Numbered from the stretch's first letter, positions 42,466-52,456 are shown. The stretch is DNA of 64,000 nt from an uncultured Eubacteriales bacterium (GCA_934667845.1 CAKUMQ010000009.1:1369-65368); one strand, 5' to 3'. Notes: generated by a model from the sequence alone, not told the origin. Numbers and translations: made by a program.

Positions 42466-43632
42466 TTATTCCGCCGCTGCCGCAAAACGGGCGAGACAGG
42501 TCTCGATCGTGTGCTGCGATGCGTCGATTCTGCCCTGCCAGCAGGCGGCAGCACCGCCGCCGCGGGCGGACAGCTCCTGCCGCAGCAATCCCGCAAGCGG
42601 GGAGAGGTCGACACTCTCGCTGCCGATCACGCCGGTGTAGCCCTCGCGGTCACTGCCGGAAAACACGGCGCAGACACGGTTTTTCCGCTTTTGCGCCGCC
42701 GTCAGCAGCGGGCGGCAGAGCTTGGCGTCCGCATCGGGCAGAAAAACGGCGCAGAGCGGCTGATCCTGCGGCAGCGTTTTTGCCGTCATCTCCGCGAGCG
42801 CCCGCCGGACGGCGGCTGCCCGACGGGCGTCCTCCTCGCGGGCGGCAAGCAGGCGGGTCACGGCGGCGTGCAGCTCCTCCGGCTTGGCGGAGAGCGCCGC
42901 GGCGGCGCGCCCCGCTTCGGTGTAGAGGGCTTCAAATGCCGCAAACGCCGCCTGCCCGCAGAGCATGTGCACCCGCGTGCCGCCCTTATACCGCATGGCG
43001 TCGAGCAGCTTGATCCCGCCGACCTGCCCCGTGCGGGACACATGCGGGGCGCAGCAGGCGCAGACGTCCACCCCGGGGATGACGACCAGCCGCACGGCGC
43101 CGGTCAGCTCCTTTTTGCTGCGGTAATCTGTCTTTTCCAGCTCCTCCGGAGACGGAAAGCGGATCTCGACCGCAATATCCGCCGCGACCGCCGCGTTGGC
43201 CTCCTGCTCAATAGCGCAAAGCTGCGCGCGGGTCAGCTCGCCGTCGAGGTCCAGCGTCGTGTCGCTGTGGCCGAGGTGAAAGCCCACATTGTGCAGCCCG
43301 AAGCGGCGAAAGAGCAGCCCGGACACGATATGCTCGCCGGTGTGGTGCTGCATCCGTGCAAAGCGAACGGCGTAGTCAAGCCGCCCCGTCACGGCCTCAC
43401 CCGCCGCCAGCGGCATGTCGGTGTAATGCACGGGGTCGCCGTCGACAAGCTGCACATCCGTCACATGCGCCGCGCCGAGCGTGCCGGTGTCGGCGTATTG
43501 CCCGCCCCCTTCGGGGAAAAAGGCGGTGCGGTCGAGCCGCACGGCATAGCCGTCCTTCGCGGGCGCGCAGGAGAGCACGGATGCCGTAAACTCCCGGCAG
43601 GCACCGTCTGTTTCATACAGCCGCTCGGTCAT
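42466..43632 (-). CDS. alaX: Alanyl-tRNA editing protein, AlaX-L type (editing domain plus DHHA1-like C-terminus)
   Basis: 388 aa. It has the zinc motifs HTGEH (HxxxH) and CCAPH (CxxxH), and DRTAFFPEGGGQ. An ATGA overlap joins it to rmuC. Confidence 0.8.
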   Translation of the reverse strand: MTERLYETDGACREFTASVLSCAPAKDGYAVRLDRTAFFPEGGGQYADTGTLGAAHVTDVQLVDGDPVHYTDMPLAAGEAVTGRLDYAVRFARMQHHTGEHIVSGLLFRRFGLHNVGFHLGHSDTTLDLDGELTRAQLCAIEQEANAAVAADIAVEIRFPSPEELEKTDYRSKKELTGAVRLVVIPGVDVCACCAPHVSRTGQVGGIKLLDAMRYKGGTRVHMLCGQAAFAAFEALYTEAGRAAAALSAKPEELHAAVTRLLAAREEDARRAAAVRRALAEMTAKTLPQDQPLCAVFLPDADAKLCRPLLTAAQKRKNRVCAVFSGSDREGYTGVIGSESVDLSPLAGLLRQELSARGGGAAACWQGRIDASQHTIETCLARFAAAAE

Positions 43633-44927
43633 GTCTCATCCTCCGGCATGGTATCCGCCGCGCCTGCCTCCATGCCGAGCAACTGCTCGGCTTCGGCGCC
43701 GCCGACCTCTTCCACATTTTTGAGCTTTTGCCGGATGACGCGGTTGCGGCGCTCGGCCTCGTCGAGCGTGTTTCCGGCCTCCTCCAGCTTGCGGCGCACC
43801 TTCTTGAACACGGCGGCAAACTGGTCATACTGCTGCTTGGCGGCGCCGAGCACCTTCCACACCTCGGCGGCGCGCTTGTCGAGCGCAATGGTGCGGAAGC
43901 CCATGCGCAGCGTGTTGAGGAATGCCGTCACGGTCGTCGGACCGCAGACCATCACACGGTAGTCGCGCTGCACCTCCTCCACCAGTCCGGGCAGGCGCAG
44001 CACCTCAGCATACAGCCCCTCGGTCGGCAAAAACAGGATCGCAAAATCCGTGGTGGCGGGCACTTCGATGTACAGGTCGTGGATGGTCTTGGCTTCGCTG
44101 CGCACCGTGCGCTCAAGCGCGCGCGTGGCTTCATCGACGGCAGCCTTGTCCGCCCGGTCGGCAGCCTCGGACAGCCGCAGATAGTCCTCCTGCGGGAATT
44201 TGGAGTCGATCGGCAGCCAAACGGTGCCGTCGCCCGACCGCGCCGGAATCTTCACGGCGTATTCCACCATTTTGCCGTTGTTGCGCGGCGAGACGTTGCG
44301 GGCGTACTGGTCGGGCGTCAATGTCTGCTCAAGCAGGCTGCCGAGCTGCACCTCCGCCCATGTGCCGCGCGCCTTGACGTTGGTCAGCACCCGCTGCAGG
44401 TCGCTGACGCCGCCTGCGAGCTTCTGCATCTCGCCGAGCGACTTGTAGACGTTCTGCAGCTGCTCGCCGACCGTTTTGAAGCTCTGATCCAGCCGGGTGG
44501 ACAGCGTCGCCTCCAGCTTTTCGTCCACCGTCTGCCGCATCTGCTCGAGCTTTTGCTCATTGGAGGTCTGCAGCTGTGTGACCGACCGGGTCAGCACGTC
44601 GGTGACGCGGTCCAGCCGCTCGGACAAAAGTCGGAACAGCTTGTCCTGCTGCTCGCCGACGCGATCCGAAAGCGCCGTGCGGCTTTTCTGCTGCTCCACC
44701 GCCAGCTCGCCGCGCAGGCGGGTCAGCGCGTCCCGCAGCTCGCGCATGACGGCGTCGTTGTCCTGCCGGTTGCGGTGCAGCTCATCGGTCAGCCGCCCCT
44801 CCAGCTCCTTGATCCGGGCTTGTGTCTCCCTGTCCTCGCTGCCGCCCTTTTGCCGCAGCAGCACAACGACGAGCAGCACTGCGTTGATCAGCCCCAAAAC
44901 GGCGCCGACATAGCCGATCCATTCCAT
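43629..44927 (-). CDS. rmuC: DNA recombination protein RmuC
   Basis: 432 aa. It has an N-terminal TM and a long coiled coil. The C-terminal nuclease-like domain (AILFLPTEGLYAEVLR, RVMVCGPTTVTAFLNTLRMGF) is typical of RmuC. Confidence 0.9.
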   Translation of the reverse strand: MEWIGYVGAVLGLINAVLLVVVLLRQKGGSEDRETQARIKELEGRLTDELHRNRQDNDAVMRELRDALTRLRGELAVEQQKSRTALSDRVGEQQDKLFRLLSERLDRVTDVLTRSVTQLQTSNEQKLEQMRQTVDEKLEATLSTRLDQSFKTVGEQLQNVYKSLGEMQKLAGGVSDLQRVLTNVKARGTWAEVQLGSLLEQTLTPDQYARNVSPRNNGKMVEYAVKIPARSGDGTVWLPIDSKFPQEDYLRLSEAADRADKAAVDEATRALERTVRSEAKTIHDLYIEVPATTDFAILFLPTEGLYAEVLRLPGLVEEVQRDYRVMVCGPTTVTAFLNTLRMGFRTIALDKRAAEVWKVLGAAKQQYDQFAAVFKKVRRKLEEAGNTLDEAERRNRVIRQKLKNVEEVGGAEAEQLLGMEAGAADTMPEDET

Positions 44928-44977
44928 ATGGCTTCACCCTCCGCTTGATTTGTATTGCCTACAGTGACTTTGTCTAC

Positions 44978-45006
44978 AGTTTACCCCATTTTCCGTCTGC
45001 CGTCAA
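44978..45006 (-). promoter_or_regulatory. Sigma-A promoter for rmuC-alaX
   Basis: The minus strand reads TTGACG (45006-45001), 17 nt spacer, TAAACT (44983-44978). Two direct ACTGTAG heptamers, whose starts are 16 bp apart (9-bp gap), follow. Confidence 0.45.
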
Positions 45007-45020
45007 GCGGCAAACGCAGC

Positions 45021-45054
45021 AAAAAGGGGGTCTCCGGGCGGAGACCCCCTTTTT
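45021..45054 (-). terminator. Rho-independent terminator after the YtrA-ABC operon
   Basis: The stem is GGGGGTCTCC-gggc-GGAGACCCCC. It is flanked by A5 and T5. Confidence 0.8.
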
Positions 45055-45071
45055 GCGTATGCGGCGACGGT

Positions 45072-47228
45072 TTATGCCGCCGCGTCGGTGGCATCGGAAT
45101 TGTAGGAGATTTCCTGAGAGGTTTCAGGCTCTCCGTTCTCCTGCTGTGCCTCGTTCAGACGCCGGACCAGCTCATCAAGCTCGGGCTGCGCGGAGGCAGG
45201 CAGCGAGAAATAATACTCGTTGATCCAAGCCCTGCCGTCGTTGTCATAGCAGTTGGTGAGGAGCGTGAAGATTGTCGAGCCGGCATCGGCAGTCTGAGCC
45301 TTGTTCAGCAGCTCATGCAGAGCGCGGCATATGGCGGCGGAGTCGCCGGTTTCGCTGTCCCCGAAATAGTAGGGGGCAGCGTCCTTGGACAGCTTGATGC
45401 CGTCCGGCACGGAGTTGCAGGTGTTCATCGAGAAATGATACGACCAGTATGCGCCGCTTTCCATCAACTTGACCCGTTCAAGCGCAGCGTCCTTGTCGGG
45501 CAGCTTCGCCATATACAGCCGGATGGTGCGGGAAAATTCCCAGGGGATATACACGTTTTCGGTGGAGCCGTTTCTGGTCAGATAAAGGGTGAACGGCGAT
45601 GCGGTCAGCGAGAGGTCGTCTGGATCGACGCTGCTGCGTATATAGCGGTACCAGTCGACAAAATGGGACTTCGCATAGTCCGCCACCTCTGCGCAGAATG
45701 TCTCATAGATCTCCGGAAGCGCGGCGGAATCGGTCAGCGCCGGGGTGCAGGAGAGGGAGAGACCGCTTGACCCGATCTGCGGCAGGGTGCTGTAGGCGCG
45801 GATGACCGTCTCGTTGGCGGTGAGCACTTTGGTCAGCTGTGCGCTCTGCTCCTCACTCGGATACAGCACCCGCGTCACGGTGCGGGCGCCCGAACGGATG
45901 CGCACCGTGACCGCCCCTTGAGAGCCGTTGCCTTTGGAGAAGTTGTGCCTGCGGATGGCGGCGACATGCTCCGATAAAAGCTCCGCCGTCATGTGGCGCA
46001 GCGTCGGGTCGGTCAGCTCGGGCGCGGAGGTGCGGTCCATGAAGAAATCGTCCTCACTGTAGAACGTCACGCCCGAGATCTGCTCCGCCGCAGGCGTATA
46101 GGACAGCACGACCTCGCGGAAACCGAAGACGGCAAGCCCATAGGCGACGTTCAGCGCCAGCACGATGCCGAAGGCGGAGAAAACGCGAAGGAGCGCTTTG
46201 AACCGCCGCATGGTGATGAGCTGATAGATCAGCATGGTCACAAGCGCCAGGATGTACATGACGACAAGCCAGAAGATCCAGTCCTTGAGTCCCTCGCTGC
46301 CGCACAGCAGGCGGTCGGTGATGATGGAGGCGGGCAGCAGGCTCGCGGCAAAGCCGACGACGATGCACAAAAGCCGCTGGATCCGCGGGCTGTGGGCGGC
46401 GCGCTCCGCCGATTCGCTGCGGCGGCGGACAAACAGAAACAGCGCGGCGGCGGCGTACAGCAGACCGAGCACAAGGGAATACACCCCGGAGCTCGGTTTT
46501 GTCACGACCTCGCTCCAGTTGCCGACCAGGCCGAAGATCAGCCCCGCCGGCACGTTATACCGCACATCGAGAAGCGGCAGCGATTCGCCGGACGAGAGGA
46601 TCGGCAGCGATTCGCGCAGCAGGAGCACGATAGCGATCAGGACGATGCGGGGCAGATACAACAAAAGCCCCGTGCCGATGACGTTGTTGAAGCCGTTGCC
46701 CGTTACGCTCATGGCGATGGCGGCAGCTGCCGCCGCGAGCACGGCGCCCGCCATCATGTTGAACACATAGATCCACAGGCTGCCGGACGGGATGACATAG
46801 GCGCCCGCGAGCAGAATGCGGAAAAATACACGGCTGGTCAGCGCCGGAACGACCGCCAGCACGGCAAGCCAGGACAAAACGGCGGCAAAAAAGCTCAGAA
46901 ACAGGCATTCGCGCCGCTCGGGAAGCTGATGATAAAAGTCGCTCGCGCTGCGGCTGTTCAAAAAGCGGAACAGATACAGCACCATCAGCGGCGCAATGAC
47001 TGTCGGCAGCAGCACCAGAAGCGGTATACCGGCAATGCCGTCGAGCGACTGCACACGCGTGGATGACGACAGGCTCATGCCAAACAGCGGATCAACGGCG
47101 ACCACGCGGATGCCGATCGGCACCAAAACGGCGCACAGCTCGAGCACCACAAGCGACATAATGCCGATCAGCGTCAGCTGACGAATACCCTCCCGCCAAA
47201 GCGACGGGGAAAACCATCGACGTTTCAT
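45072..47228 (-). CDS. Polytopic membrane protein (ABC-2-type permease-like N-terminal half) with a roughly 390-aa extracytoplasmic C-terminal domain
   Basis: About 718 aa from ATG 47228 (GGGAGGGG RBS; ATGA overlap with the ATPase stop). It has at least 9 hydrophobic segments up to about aa 340, then a soluble domain ending in an acidic tail. Confidence 0.8.
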   Translation of the reverse strand: MKRRWFSPSLWREGIRQLTLIGIMSLVVLELCAVLVPIGIRVVAVDPLFGMSLSSSTRVQSLDGIAGIPLLVLLPTVIAPLMVLYLFRFLNSRSASDFYHQLPERRECLFLSFFAAVLSWLAVLAVVPALTSRVFFRILLAGAYVIPSGSLWIYVFNMMAGAVLAAAAAAIAMSVTGNGFNNVIGTGLLLYLPRIVLIAIVLLLRESLPILSSGESLPLLDVRYNVPAGLIFGLVGNWSEVVTKPSSGVYSLVLGLLYAAAALFLFVRRRSESAERAAHSPRIQRLLCIVVGFAASLLPASIITDRLLCGSEGLKDWIFWLVVMYILALVTMLIYQLITMRRFKALLRVFSAFGIVLALNVAYGLAVFGFREVVLSYTPAAEQISGVTFYSEDDFFMDRTSAPELTDPTLRHMTAELLSEHVAAIRRHNFSKGNGSQGAVTVRIRSGARTVTRVLYPSEEQSAQLTKVLTANETVIRAYSTLPQIGSSGLSLSCTPALTDSAALPEIYETFCAEVADYAKSHFVDWYRYIRSSVDPDDLSLTASPFTLYLTRNGSTENVYIPWEFSRTIRLYMAKLPDKDAALERVKLMESGAYWSYHFSMNTCNSVPDGIKLSKDAAPYYFGDSETGDSAAICRALHELLNKAQTADAGSTIFTLLTNCYDNDGRAWINEYYFSLPASAQPELDELVRRLNEAQQENGEPETSQEISYNSDATDAAA

Positions 47229-48133
47229 TTGATCCCCTCCCAAAGCTCATCAAAGGAATAGCCGAGCGCCTCCATCTCATAGGTGAACACTTCTTCGAGC
47301 GTCAGCGGCAGCACATCGAGCAGCAGCGGGTGACGCGCGGACAGCGCGGCGACCACCGGCTCCCGCTCGCCCCGCAGAATGAGCGTGGCGACCGATCCGT
47401 GGCGGGAAAAGTGCAGAATGTCTAGATCGGGGAAATTCTCGCGCGAGAAATCGCCGGGAAATGCGATCTGTACCTTTAAAAGCGAGGTCTTCAGATCGCT
47501 GATGTCCCGCTCGAATACGAGACCGCCCCGGTGCAGCAGGGCGAGCTGGTCACAGGTATCCTCCAGCTCCCGCAGTGAGTGGGAGGTGATGATCGCCGTG
47601 GCTTTGCGTTCGGCGACATCGCCGCAGATCAGCCCCTTGACTACCCGCCGCATGACGGGATCGAGACCGTCAAACGTCTCGTCGAAAAAGAGGTAGTCCG
47701 GCCGGCAGGAGATGGTCAGCAGGATCGCCGCCTGCCGCTTCATGCCCTTGGAAAACTGGGCGATCGGCTTTTTCGGGTCCAGCCGGAACGCCGCGACCAG
47801 CTCCCGGCACCGCTTTTCGTCAAAGCGGCGGTAGGCATGGGCATACAGCTGCATCATCCGCTCGATCGTCGCGTTGTTCAGAAAGTACAGCTCATCCGGC
47901 ACAAACCCGATGCGCTCCTTGACGGCGGGATTTTCCCACACCGGCTCGCCGTCAAGCGTGACCGTGCCGCCGTCGGCGCGGTAGATGCCGGTGATCAGCC
48001 GCAAAAATGTGGATTTTCCCGCGCCGTTTGAGCCGACCATGCCGTAGATACAGCCCTGCTGAATCGTACAGGAGATGTCGGTCAGTGCCGGAAAGGTGTC
48101 AAACCGCTTGGTCAGATGCGAGACCTGGATCAT
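47225..48133 (-). CDS. ABC transporter ATP-binding protein
   Basis: Walker A is GSNGAGKST, the signature is FSKGMKRQ, and Walker B is YLFFDETFDGLD. It overlaps the stop of the upstream regulator gene. Confidence 0.9.
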   Translation of the reverse strand: MIQVSHLTKRFDTFPALTDISCTIQQGCIYGMVGSNGAGKSTFLRLITGIYRADGGTVTLDGEPVWENPAVKERIGFVPDELYFLNNATIERMMQLYAHAYRRFDEKRCRELVAAFRLDPKKPIAQFSKGMKRQAAILLTISCRPDYLFFDETFDGLDPVMRRVVKGLICGDVAERKATAIITSHSLRELEDTCDQLALLHRGGLVFERDISDLKTSLLKVQIAFPGDFSRENFPDLDILHFSRHGSVATLILRGEREPVVAALSARHPLLLDVLPLTLEEVFTYEMEALGYSFDELWEGIK

Positions 48134-48507
48134 GGTTTTTCCTCCTCTGCATAGACGGCGTCAATATGCGCCGCCAGTTCTTCCCTCGAAACGCCCGCCA
48201 GGGCGAGTGCCCGCACCAGTGCGTCCAGCTCCGGCAGGCGCTTGCGTGCCCGCTCCTCTAAAAGCTGCGCCGCGTGCGCCGTGATAAAGCAGCCGCGCCC
48301 CGGCACGGCACAGAGGATCCCGCGCGCGTCGAGATCGTTATAGGCGCGCTGGATCGTGTTGGGGTTGACCGCCAGCTCGATGGACAGCCCGCGCACTGAG
48401 GGCAGCTGGTCGCCCGCCTTTAGCAGACCGGACAGCACCAGATCCTCCGTTTGCCGGATCAACTGCTCATAGATCGGCTCACGCGACATGGTGTCTACAT
48501 GAAACAT
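48130..48507 (-). CDS. GntR family transcriptional regulator, YtrA subfamily
   Basis: 125 aa. MFHVDTMSREPIYEQLIRQ...GDQLPSVRGLSIELAVNPNTIQRAYNDL is a winged HTH, followed by the short YtrA-type C-terminus. Confidence 0.9.
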   Translation of the reverse strand: MFHVDTMSREPIYEQLIRQTEDLVLSGLLKAGDQLPSVRGLSIELAVNPNTIQRAYNDLDARGILCAVPGRGCFITAHAAQLLEERARKRLPELDALVRALALAGVSREELAAHIDAVYAEEEKP

Positions 48508-48521
48508 ATCATCCCTCCCAG

Positions 48522-48577
48522 CTGTATTAACAGTGTTGGTACAGTTGAACTATACCATACAAACGGGAGGTTGTCAA
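48522..48577 (-). promoter_or_regulatory. Promoter plus candidate YtrA operator
   Basis: The minus strand reads TTGACA (48577-48572), 17 nt spacer, TATAGT (48554-48549). A 23-bp quasi-palindrome, CTGTAccAACAcTGTTaaTACAG (48544-48522), then covers the predicted +1. Confidence 0.5.
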
Positions 48578-48579
48578 GC

Positions 48580-48615
48580 AAAAAAGATCCCGCGCGAAAA
48601 ATTTTTCCGCGCGGG
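48580..48615 (-). terminator. Rho-independent terminator after the polA / GT28 transcription unit
   Basis: The stem is CCCGCGCG...CGCGCGGG with an A/T extension. It is followed on the minus strand by TTTTTT. Confidence 0.8.
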
Positions 48616-48642
48616 GGCAAGACACCCGTCCGCAGCGGCGGA

Positions 48643-49779
48643 TCAGGGCGTCGGGGCATGTCCGTGGACGCGGACATAGTCCATTTCGATATAATCGCAG
48701 ATCTCGAGATCGGTGCGGCGGTGAATGACCGCCGACTGGCGGGCGCGCATTTCCGCCCGCGCCTGCTCGCTCTCGAGCAGCGGCATCGCGTTGTGCATCA
48801 GTTCTTCAAGCGTGTCGCCGGTGACCGCCAGCCCGTTTTTGCGGAAAAATTCCACGTTGGCGGTCTCCACGCCGGGAATGGGGGCGGTATGTACGAGCGC
48901 GATCGTCTTGACTGCCGCCTCGGTGGTGGTGAGTCCGCCGGGCTTGGTGAACAGCACATCGGCGGCGTCCATATAGTCGCTGACGCGGTCGGTGAAATCC
49001 AGCACCGTGACGCGGTCGCCGGCAAATTCGCGGCGCAGCTGCGTCTTGAGCGCTTCGTTGTTGCCGCCCATCACAACCAGCTGCGCCGTCTGCGGCGCGC
49101 GTATGAGCAGCATGCGGATCAGCCCGTCGAGATGCCCGAAGCCCATGCTGCCGCTCATGATGAGGTAGATCGGCACCTGCTGCGGCAGGTTCAGCTCCTC
49201 GCGCGCCTGCTCCTGCGGAATATGTGAGGCGAAGCGGGCGGAGACGGGGATGCCGGTGGCGACGAGCGGTGAGGTGACGCCGTGCGCCTCAAATTCCGGC
49301 AGCAGCTGCTCGTGCGGAACAAAGATCGCGTCGAGGTTCAGCTCCCTGGAAAACGGCACGCAGGTATAGTCGGTGCTGACCATATAGCAGCCCGCGTCAA
49401 GTGGAAAATGCTTGCGTATGCTCGTGATGGTCTGCGCCGGGAAGATGTGCGGAATGATCAGCGTGTCATAGCCGCCGCTGACAATATATTTGTACATCCG
49501 GCGGCTGTACAGCTTGTTGATCAGATAGACGGGCGATTTCATGCGCGCCGCGCTGCTGAGCGCGCCCGCCGCGCGGTAGCCGAGGCCGAACAGTGCGGGG
49601 GTGTGGATAACGATCTCGGTATAGGCGCGGCAGGTGCCGCGGGAAAAGGTGACGCCGCCAAACGCCAGCGCATCGCAGATGTCGCAGGTCACGCCGCGGC
49701 GCTCCCACTCCTCTTTGAGCGCTTTCGACGCCGTATTATGCCCCTGCCCGGTATTGCAGGAGAGGATCAACACTTTCAT
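48643..49779 (-). CDS. Glycosyltransferase family 28, MGDG synthase / UgtP-like diacylglycerol glycosyltransferase
   Basis: 378 aa. MKVLILSCNTGQGHNTASKAL is the MGDG-synthase N-terminal signature. The C-terminus is a GT-B domain (LFTKPGGLTTTEA). Confidence 0.85.
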   Translation of the reverse strand: MKVLILSCNTGQGHNTASKALKEEWERRGVTCDICDALAFGGVTFSRGTCRAYTEIVIHTPALFGLGYRAAGALSSAARMKSPVYLINKLYSRRMYKYIVSGGYDTLIIPHIFPAQTITSIRKHFPLDAGCYMVSTDYTCVPFSRELNLDAIFVPHEQLLPEFEAHGVTSPLVATGIPVSARFASHIPQEQAREELNLPQQVPIYLIMSGSMGFGHLDGLIRMLLIRAPQTAQLVVMGGNNEALKTQLRREFAGDRVTVLDFTDRVSDYMDAADVLFTKPGGLTTTEAAVKTIALVHTAPIPGVETANVEFFRKNGLAVTGDTLEELMHNAMPLLESEQARAEMRARQSAVIHRRTDLEICDYIEMDYVRVHGHAPTP

Positions 49780-49794
49780 TGACAGATCAGCCCC

Positions 49795-52350
49795 TTACTC
49801 TTTTGTATCAAACCAGGTTTTTCCTGTGTGCACATCGGTCTCCAGCGCCACGCTCAGCTGCGCGGCGGCTGCCATCTCCCCGGCGAGCAGCGCGGCGACT
49901 GCGTCGGCTTTTTCGGCGGGTGCCTCCACGATCAGCTCGTCGTGTACCTGTAAGATCAGCCGCGCGTCGGGATATTCCCGCCGCAGCCGCGTCCATACGC
50001 GCACCATGGCGCGCTTGATGATGTCCGCCGCGGTGCCCTGGATCGGCATGTTGCGGGCGACCCGCTCGCCGAACGCGCGCGTGACGGCGTTGCCGGTGCG
50101 CAGCTCCGGCAGCGGACGGCGGCGGCCGAACAGCGTCTCGGCATAGCCGTCCGCCTTCGCCTTTTCGATCAGTCCGCGCATAAAGCCGTCCACGGCGGCA
50201 TAATGCGCGAGATAGCCGTCGATATACCGCTTCGCCTCGGTGTAGCTGACGCCGATATCCTCGGCAAGCGAGTGCGGCCCGATGCCGTAGACGATGCCGA
50301 AGTTGACCGCCTTGGCGCGGGAGCGCATCAGCGGCGTCACCTCGTCGAGCGGCACGCCGAACACCTGCGACGCGGTGACGCGGTGGATGTCGGTGCCGGT
50401 GTTGAACGCCTCGCACATGGTCGGGTCCTTCGCCATATGGGCGAGCACGCGCAGCTCGATCTGCGAATAATCCGCGTCCACGAGCAGGCAGCCCTCGCGC
50501 GCCCGGAAGAAGCGGCGCAACTCACGCCCGATCGGCGTGCGCACGGGGATGTTCTGGAGGTTCGGCTCGGTCGAGGAGATCCTGCCGGTGCGTGTTTCGG
50601 TCTGGTTGAAGGAGGAGTGGATGCGCCCGTCCGCGCCGACCGCCTTGAGCAGTCCGTCGCAGTAGGTGGAGCGCAGCTTCGCCAGTGTGCGGTATTTGAG
50701 CAGCATATCCACGACCGGCTCATCCCGCAGCTTTTCGAGCACGTCGGCATTGGTGGAATAGCCGGACTTGGTCTTTTTGCCCGCGGGCAGCTTCAGATCC
50801 TCAAACAGCGCCTTGCCGAGCTGCTTCGGGGAGTTGAGGTTAAAGGTGTAGCCCACGGCGTCGCAAACGCCCTGCCGCAGCTCCTCCTCCCGCTCGCCGA
50901 GCATTTTGCCGTAGACGGCGAGCGCGTCGGTGTCCACCGAGAAGCCGGCGTTTTCCATATCCGCCAGCACAACGGCGAGCGGCAGCTCCGTCTCCTGCAA
51001 AAGCGGCAGAAGCCCCTGCTCCTGTGCGCGGTCGTGTAAGATCTGGGCGAGCGCGGGCAGCACGCAAAGCTCGGCGGGCAGCTCCGTCCCGTGGAGGGTC
51101 AGCCCGTACATCGGGGCGAGCCGGGAAAGCGAATAGTCGCTCGACAGCGGGTCGAGCAGATAGGCGGCGAGCGCGGTGTCCATCGTAAATCCCGCGGGCA
51201 CGATGCCGTGCGCGAGCAGCAGAGCAAACATCGGCTTGCCGTCGTGGATCACCTTTTCCCGCTTCGGGTCGGCAAACAGCGCTGCCGCGGCGGCAAACGC
51301 CGCATCCCCGGTCGAAAGCTCCGCTGCCGCGCCGCCCGACGCGAGCCAGATCGTGCTGTCGCCGTCAAGCCACACCGCGACCGGTTCCGTGCCGTCGGTG
51401 ATCAGACCAAGGGGCGCGCGCCGCAGCGCAGGCAGCGCGGGAACCGCCGCTTTCGGTGCGGCGGCAGCATCGGCGTCGGCGGCGGACAGCCCCCATTTTT
51501 CCATGAGGCGGAAGAATTCAAGCCGGGTCAGCAAAGCGGCGAGCGGCGCTTTCTGCCATTCGCCGGACAGATAATGGGAGAGGTCGGTGTCGATCGGCGC
51601 ATCGCAGCAGATGGTGCCGAGCCGCCGCGACAGCTCGGCGCTCTCCTTGCCGTCTGCCAGCTTGCGGCGCACGCTGTCGCGGATGCGCGGGTCGTCGAGA
51701 TGGGCATACAGCTCATCTACGCTGCCGAAGGTGTGCAGAAGTTCAAGCGCCGTTTTTTCGCCGATGCCGGGCACGCCCGGGATCCTGTCGCTGGCGTCGC
51801 CCATCAGCGCCTTGAGGTCGATCAGCTGCGGCGGGGTCAGCCCGTATTTTTCCTGCACCGCCGCCTCGTCCATGACGGCGGTATCGGGCGCGCCGTTTCG
51901 GGTGGCGGCAAGCCACACCTCCACGCCGCCGCCGATGAGCTGCAAAGAATCGCGGTCGCCGGTGGCGATGACGCAGCGCTCGCCCGCCCGCCGCGCGGCG
52001 GCGGAGAGCGTGCCTAAAATGTCGTCCGCCTCATAGCCTGCCTGCTCGACGATGTGGCAGCCGAGCAGCGGCAGAAGCTCCCGCAGAATGGGCATCTGGG
52101 AGCGCAGCTCATCGGGCATGGGCTTGCGTCCCGCCTTATAGCCGTCGTACATTTTGTGGCGGAACGTCGGCTCGTGGCGGTCAAACGCCGCAACAATGCC
52201 GTCGGGCTGCACCTGCTCCCGCAGGCGGGAGAGAATATTCAAAAAACCGAACAGGGCGTTGGTGTACTGCCCGTCCTTTGTGGTCAGCGGCTTGACGCCG
52301 TAAAACGCACGGTTGATGATGCTGTTGGCATCCAAGAGAAGCAAACGCAC
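49795..52350 (-). CDS. polA: DNA polymerase I
   Basis: The 5-prime nuclease N-terminus is LLLLDANSIINRAFYG. Polymerase motif A is DYSQIELRVLAH, motif B is RSRAKAVNFGIVYG, and motif C is QVHDELIVE. The start is GTG 52350, 9 nt after GGAGGA. Confidence 0.95.
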   Translation of the reverse strand: MRLLLLDANSIINRAFYGVKPLTTKDGQYTNALFGFLNILSRLREQVQPDGIVAAFDRHEPTFRHKMYDGYKAGRKPMPDELRSQMPILRELLPLLGCHIVEQAGYEADDILGTLSAAARRAGERCVIATGDRDSLQLIGGGVEVWLAATRNGAPDTAVMDEAAVQEKYGLTPPQLIDLKALMGDASDRIPGVPGIGEKTALELLHTFGSVDELYAHLDDPRIRDSVRRKLADGKESAELSRRLGTICCDAPIDTDLSHYLSGEWQKAPLAALLTRLEFFRLMEKWGLSAADADAAAAPKAAVPALPALRRAPLGLITDGTEPVAVWLDGDSTIWLASGGAAAELSTGDAAFAAAAALFADPKREKVIHDGKPMFALLLAHGIVPAGFTMDTALAAYLLDPLSSDYSLSRLAPMYGLTLHGTELPAELCVLPALAQILHDRAQEQGLLPLLQETELPLAVVLADMENAGFSVDTDALAVYGKMLGEREEELRQGVCDAVGYTFNLNSPKQLGKALFEDLKLPAGKKTKSGYSTNADVLEKLRDEPVVDMLLKYRTLAKLRSTYCDGLLKAVGADGRIHSSFNQTETRTGRISSTEPNLQNIPVRTPIGRELRRFFRAREGCLLVDADYSQIELRVLAHMAKDPTMCEAFNTGTDIHRVTASQVFGVPLDEVTPLMRSRAKAVNFGIVYGIGPHSLAEDIGVSYTEAKRYIDGYLAHYAAVDGFMRGLIEKAKADGYAETLFGRRRPLPELRTGNAVTRAFGERVARNMPIQGTAADIIKRAMVRVWTRLRREYPDARLILQVHDELIVEAPAEKADAVAALLAGEMAAAAQLSVALETDVHTGKTWFDTKE

Positions 52351-52427
52351 GGGTAAATATCCTCCGTTTCGGCAAAAGCTGCCGGTTCTGACCGGACGGC
52401 GCGCCGCCCGTGGGATCATTCAACGGT

Positions 52428-52456
52428 ATTATACACGATTTTCCCCCGAATAGCAA
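52428..52456 (-). promoter_or_regulatory. Sigma-A promoter for polA
   Basis: The minus strand reads TTGCTA (52456-52451), 17 nt spacer, TATAAT (52433-52428). Confidence 0.45.

Noticed and set aside
20082-44948. Other long shadow ORFs: 20082-21710(-), 24405-25538(-), 26241-28100(-), 29613-31808(-), 33348-34124(-), 34290-35525(-), 37384-39270(+), 39995-42073(-), 42238-43962(+), 43728-44948(+).
   Set aside because: Each lies fully antisense to, or out of frame with, a gene that has strong family signatures. All have Arg-rich low-complexity translations.
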